Shown here: one piece after another, positions 60,830-64,000 of the stretch
Layout: the number at the start of each line of letters is the position of its first letter
Numbering within the stretch: the stretch's first letter is position 1
Source: an uncultured Acidobacteriota bacterium
GTDB lineage: Bacteria; Acidobacteriota; Blastocatellia; RBC074
Assembly: GCA_963796275.1 (NCBI GenBank)
Contig: CAWCKY010000004.1
Coordinates: forward strand, 1,568,001-1,632,000
Direction of reading: 5' to 3'
DNA: 64,000 nt
Notes under the pieces: generated by a model
The model's database searches: none
Seen by the model: only the letters and a program-made list of their open reading frames with translations
Told to the model about the DNA's origin: nothing
Translations under genes and position numbers: made by a program

Positions 60830-61578
60830 CGTCGGCGAAATGACCCAGGCTCTGTCATTCGGAGAAGTGCCCCACATCTCGAAGGTCATCAGTGAAATGT
60901 GACATCTATCCGAGGGGTGGAGTATTGGAGACTTGTTGAAAAAGTCGGAAAGTCGGAGGAGACCAGCGCTCATATTCATTCGGCTTTCGAATCGTCCATC
61001 ACCGCCGTGACTGCATGTATGACGATCGATTCGGAGTGCTCAACCGCTCGGCCGAGGACCGGGGCGTGGCCTATGTTGGGGACCGCGATGGGGGCGAGAA
61101 ATTTTTTGCAGAACTCAAAACCCAGTTCCCTCGTTCTATCAATGAATCAAACATGAATTCGGAGGACAACATGTTCACCAAACTTTTGATTGCGCCTGGA
61201 CTCTGAAACCTGCCCGCGTTCAGCATCGCGGTAATTGCTTCCAAGCAGGCTTTGGGCATCTTGGGACTGTTCGCAGGTACGGAGAGTAGAAGCGGTCTAT
61301 ACCGCTTTACCCGTTCGCGATATGACAAGGCAGATATGCTGACAAGGTCGGTTGATCTCATCTCGATTTCAATCGGCCTTTGCTTTATGACAGACGAAGC
61401 CCTCGGCCGGTGACAAAGCAAACCGGCCGAGGACCAAGGCGCGCCTTCAATCGGCGACACAGACCGCTCAGATTCGCTTCGGAGAGGGAGTCCATCGCTG
61501 ATCCGTCAGAGGATGACATGAGCTTGCAAATGAAGAGCGGGAATAGCGGACGATACATAGTGGAGGTGGTGGTCTGAA

Positions 61579-62568
61579 TTGGAAGATCAAAGACGAGTCA
61601 CTGAAGGAAATGATGAGACGCAACCGCCCGCCAATCACAGCAATGTTTGCGACTGCCTGACGGCTCCAGAGACTGATCGCGAGAGTACAATCGATATACT
61701 TGAGAGGATTCGAGTAGAGTGCCCCGCATTGCGTTCTTTGTTTTTGCCAGATGATATCTGGCCTGAGTTCAAAAGTCGGCAGCGGCACCCTGATACAGAT
61801 GCAGGGCATCGATCCAGACTACTGCTGGCACTGGAATGGGGTCGTCTAGCGCGACTCACGCGCCCAATCCACCGATATCTTATTGAAAACGGCAGGCTGC
61901 GATCGGATGTTCGCCAACAATATATGCAGGATATACAAGAGAAGTGGATGCACTACGAAGAGCCTCTTGAGCGCCACCAAAAGTCAAAAATGTTCATAGG
62001 AAAGGTCACGGAACTGCAGTGCGCGGAATGGATCGAGACGCTCGGATGGACGATCGTCAGCCTCGACGCCCTGCGTGAGGGGGCGGACGTCGAAGCGACC
62101 AAGCCTGACTCGGGCGTAGTCACGACATTTGAAGTGAAGTCTATTGGCGTCGACGACGATGACTTCGAGATAATGATACGCAGCCTGATGGAAGGGCCAT
62201 CTGGTGGGGCAAGCTGTCTATATGTTGCAATCAACTACCTGATCTTTCGCATCTATCAAGCAGCAAAACAGCTTGAAAGCTTTAACGAGCCGCGGGTCGC
62301 TTTGGTGGTTATTGACGATGAGGCGTGGTGGCGATTCAGGCGTGGCTTGGAGGAGGGATGGCTCGACTTGGCCAATCCAGCCTTTTTCAATTGTCATCCG
62401 CATCCCAAATGGGAGGCACTCCTTCGAGGCCAAGCGGGGCGCTATCCGAATCTCGAAGTTGAATTGGCAGATATGGTAAGGCAACTCGACGCAGTGTGGA
62501 TAATCAGACGACTACATGGTTATGAATACAATTTGGAGTATGAGTTGCACCCATCAACGCCGACTTGA
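61579..62568 (+). CDS. Hypothetical protein, possible PD-(D/E)XK nuclease
   Basis: TELQCA..GADVEAT..TFEVKS..AAKQL pattern; TTG start after GGAGG. Confidence 0.55.
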   Translation: MEDQRRVTEGNDETQPPANHSNVCDCLTAPETDRESTIDILERIRVECPALRSLFLPDDIWPEFKSRQRHPDTDAGHRSRLLLALEWGRLARLTRPIHRYLIENGRLRSDVRQQYMQDIQEKWMHYEEPLERHQKSKMFIGKVTELQCAEWIETLGWTIVSLDALREGADVEATKPDSGVVTTFEVKSIGVDDDDFEIMIRSLMEGPSGGASCLYVAINYLIFRIYQAAKQLESFNEPRVALVVIDDEAWWRFRRGLEEGWLDLANPAFFNCHPHPKWEALLRGQAGRYPNLEVELADMVRQLDAVWIIRRLHGYEYNLEYELHPSTPT

Positions 62569-62693
62569 TTCGACACTACCACCTACAAATTCATCTAAGC
62601 CGCTCTCCTCTCGTTCCCACCGATGCCGCCCTCCGGGTGCATCGGCGTAATTACTTCCCCCCTGCACTTCTGAATCAATGGTCTTAAAGCGAT

Positions 62694-62720
62694 GAGGGGT
62701 CGAATCCCTCACTCTCTGCC
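62694..62720 (+). other. Degenerate tRNA-Ser-like 3' fragment (possible relic att site)
   Basis: GAGGG-GTCGAAT-CCCTC T-arm followed by ACTCTCT-G-CC, compared with Ser-type NCTCTCC-G-CCA. Confidence 0.45.
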
Positions 62721-62844
62721 TCTTATTCTTCCTCTATAGCTGTGGATCCTGTGCATTATGCTCGATTTTCCGCAATGTTTACTATGACCGAAGTCAGACC
62801 AAACGCCAGGCGAGCGAGTCGTGTTTTTCGTGTTCGCATTTATT

Positions 62845-63890
62845 TTAATTGACCAGCTCCAACCGCTCCGGTTCGTTCTGCTGCCCGGTGAGCTCGGCCA
62901 GGCTCGAAGCGAGCTCCCATTCGCGCAACTGCTCGCGTTGCTTCTCGCGTACTTCTTCGGCCATTCGGCGTAGCGCATAAACGTACGTGGATCGGCGTGT
63001 CCACTGCGCTTCATTGCAAATTCCATTGTGCGGCCGCGCAGCAGTCCATAGGTAATACTGGTAGCGCGCAAATCGTGAAATCGCGTCGGTATGGTTATCT
63101 CGGCTTCTTTCAGCGCAGATTCCCAGCCGCGGTTGAAATTGTCCTTGATGCCGAACACTAGGCCGTCAACGTTCTGCGTGCTCCGCTCCCAGACGCGCCT
63201 CAACGCGGCAACGGTCAGCGGCTCGAGATCGATCGTACGCCTCTTGTTAGACTTGGCATTCATCGCAAGGATGCGTAGCTCACCACGCACGAGATCGATC
63301 TCACACCATTTCAACTTAAGAAGTTCACCGCGTCGGCATCCTGAATCGAGCGCGGTTAAATTCAGCGGGAATAGATGCTGGCGGTAATCGTTCTGGCAAG
63401 CCTCCAATAGTCTCCGCTGTTCGGCAGTCGATAAGCAGCGCTCTCTCGCCACTTCCTGCGCCATTACGATTAAATTTTCACCCTTGCTGAATGGCGAGCG
63501 CACCACCCATTCTTTCTGAATGACATAGGTGAAAGCGCCCGACAACCTAGCCAAGATACGGTGAACGTCGCCAATGCTACGCTCGCGTGTCGTAGTGACG
63601 ACGCCCGCTTTGTTCTTGAAGACAACCGGCCGGCCGAGCAGATCATCACGAAAGTTTTCGATGTCGGCATAGGTGATGGTGCGAATGCGTTTCTTGCCGA
63701 AATGTACAGTACAGATTTTTAGGCGACGTCGTGCATCCTTCCAGTCGCGCATTCCCTTCACCTTTTTTTCATTGCGATACTCTGCCGGCACGAGGCGCTT
63801 TGCTTCGTACTCTGCAGCCAACTGCAGGAAGGTGATTTTGCTGGCGTCGAGATAAGCTTCGCCTTGTGAGTCGAGCTCCGCTAGCAAGCT
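62845..63890 (-). pseudogene. Second tyrosine integrase, N-terminus missing, C-terminal frameshift
   Basis: DSGCRRGE, RFHDLRAT, SGHADPRTFMRY; shifted frame ends ..LELVN*, echoing ..QLIN* of the first integrase. Confidence 0.8.
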
Positions 63891-63931
63891 TGGCTTGGGA
63901 TGCCGCTGGTGATTTCGTTTTGGACAGCAAA

Positions 63932-64000
63932 TCAGTACCGCGAGCGGTAGCGAGCGTGGCTCTCGCAAAGGATTTACGCCGGAAGTCACGCTCGCTACCG
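63932..64000. repeat. REP-like inverted doublet
   Basis: CGGTAGCGAGCGTGGC (63945-63960) pairs with GTCACGCTCGCTACCG (63985-64000) at 15/16; internal hairpin TACCGC-GA-GCGGTA. Confidence 0.65.

Overview
This 64 kb window is almost entirely accessory DNA. ADOP-type duplicated ABC permeases with PadR partners and a REP-like element suggest Acidobacteriota (inference). Left part (~2.6-43.4 kb): a putative integrative element ending in a tyrosine integrase and a tRNA-Phe 3' fragment (att site). It carries a RavA-like AAA / vWA / DUF6744-like / beta-clamp / DUF6117-like module, a TOPRIM primase-like gene, an IS with clear TIRs and TSD that splits a DUF3800-like gene, two nucleases, regulators and TA modules. 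It also carries a six-gene type 3 BREX locus with an extra ABC-ATPase plus RelE-like partner nested inside. Right part (43.4-64 kb): TA-like pairs, an XPB/Bax1-like helicase-nuclease pair, a type I R-M locus with truncated hsdR, PadR/ADOP genes, PIN-like and PD-(D/E)XK-like nucleases, a degenerate tRNA-Ser 3' fragment and a second, 5'-disrupted integrase. Many genes have single-base frameshifts that are probably sequencing or assembly indels. All family assignments come from motif recognition by eye; no database search was run.
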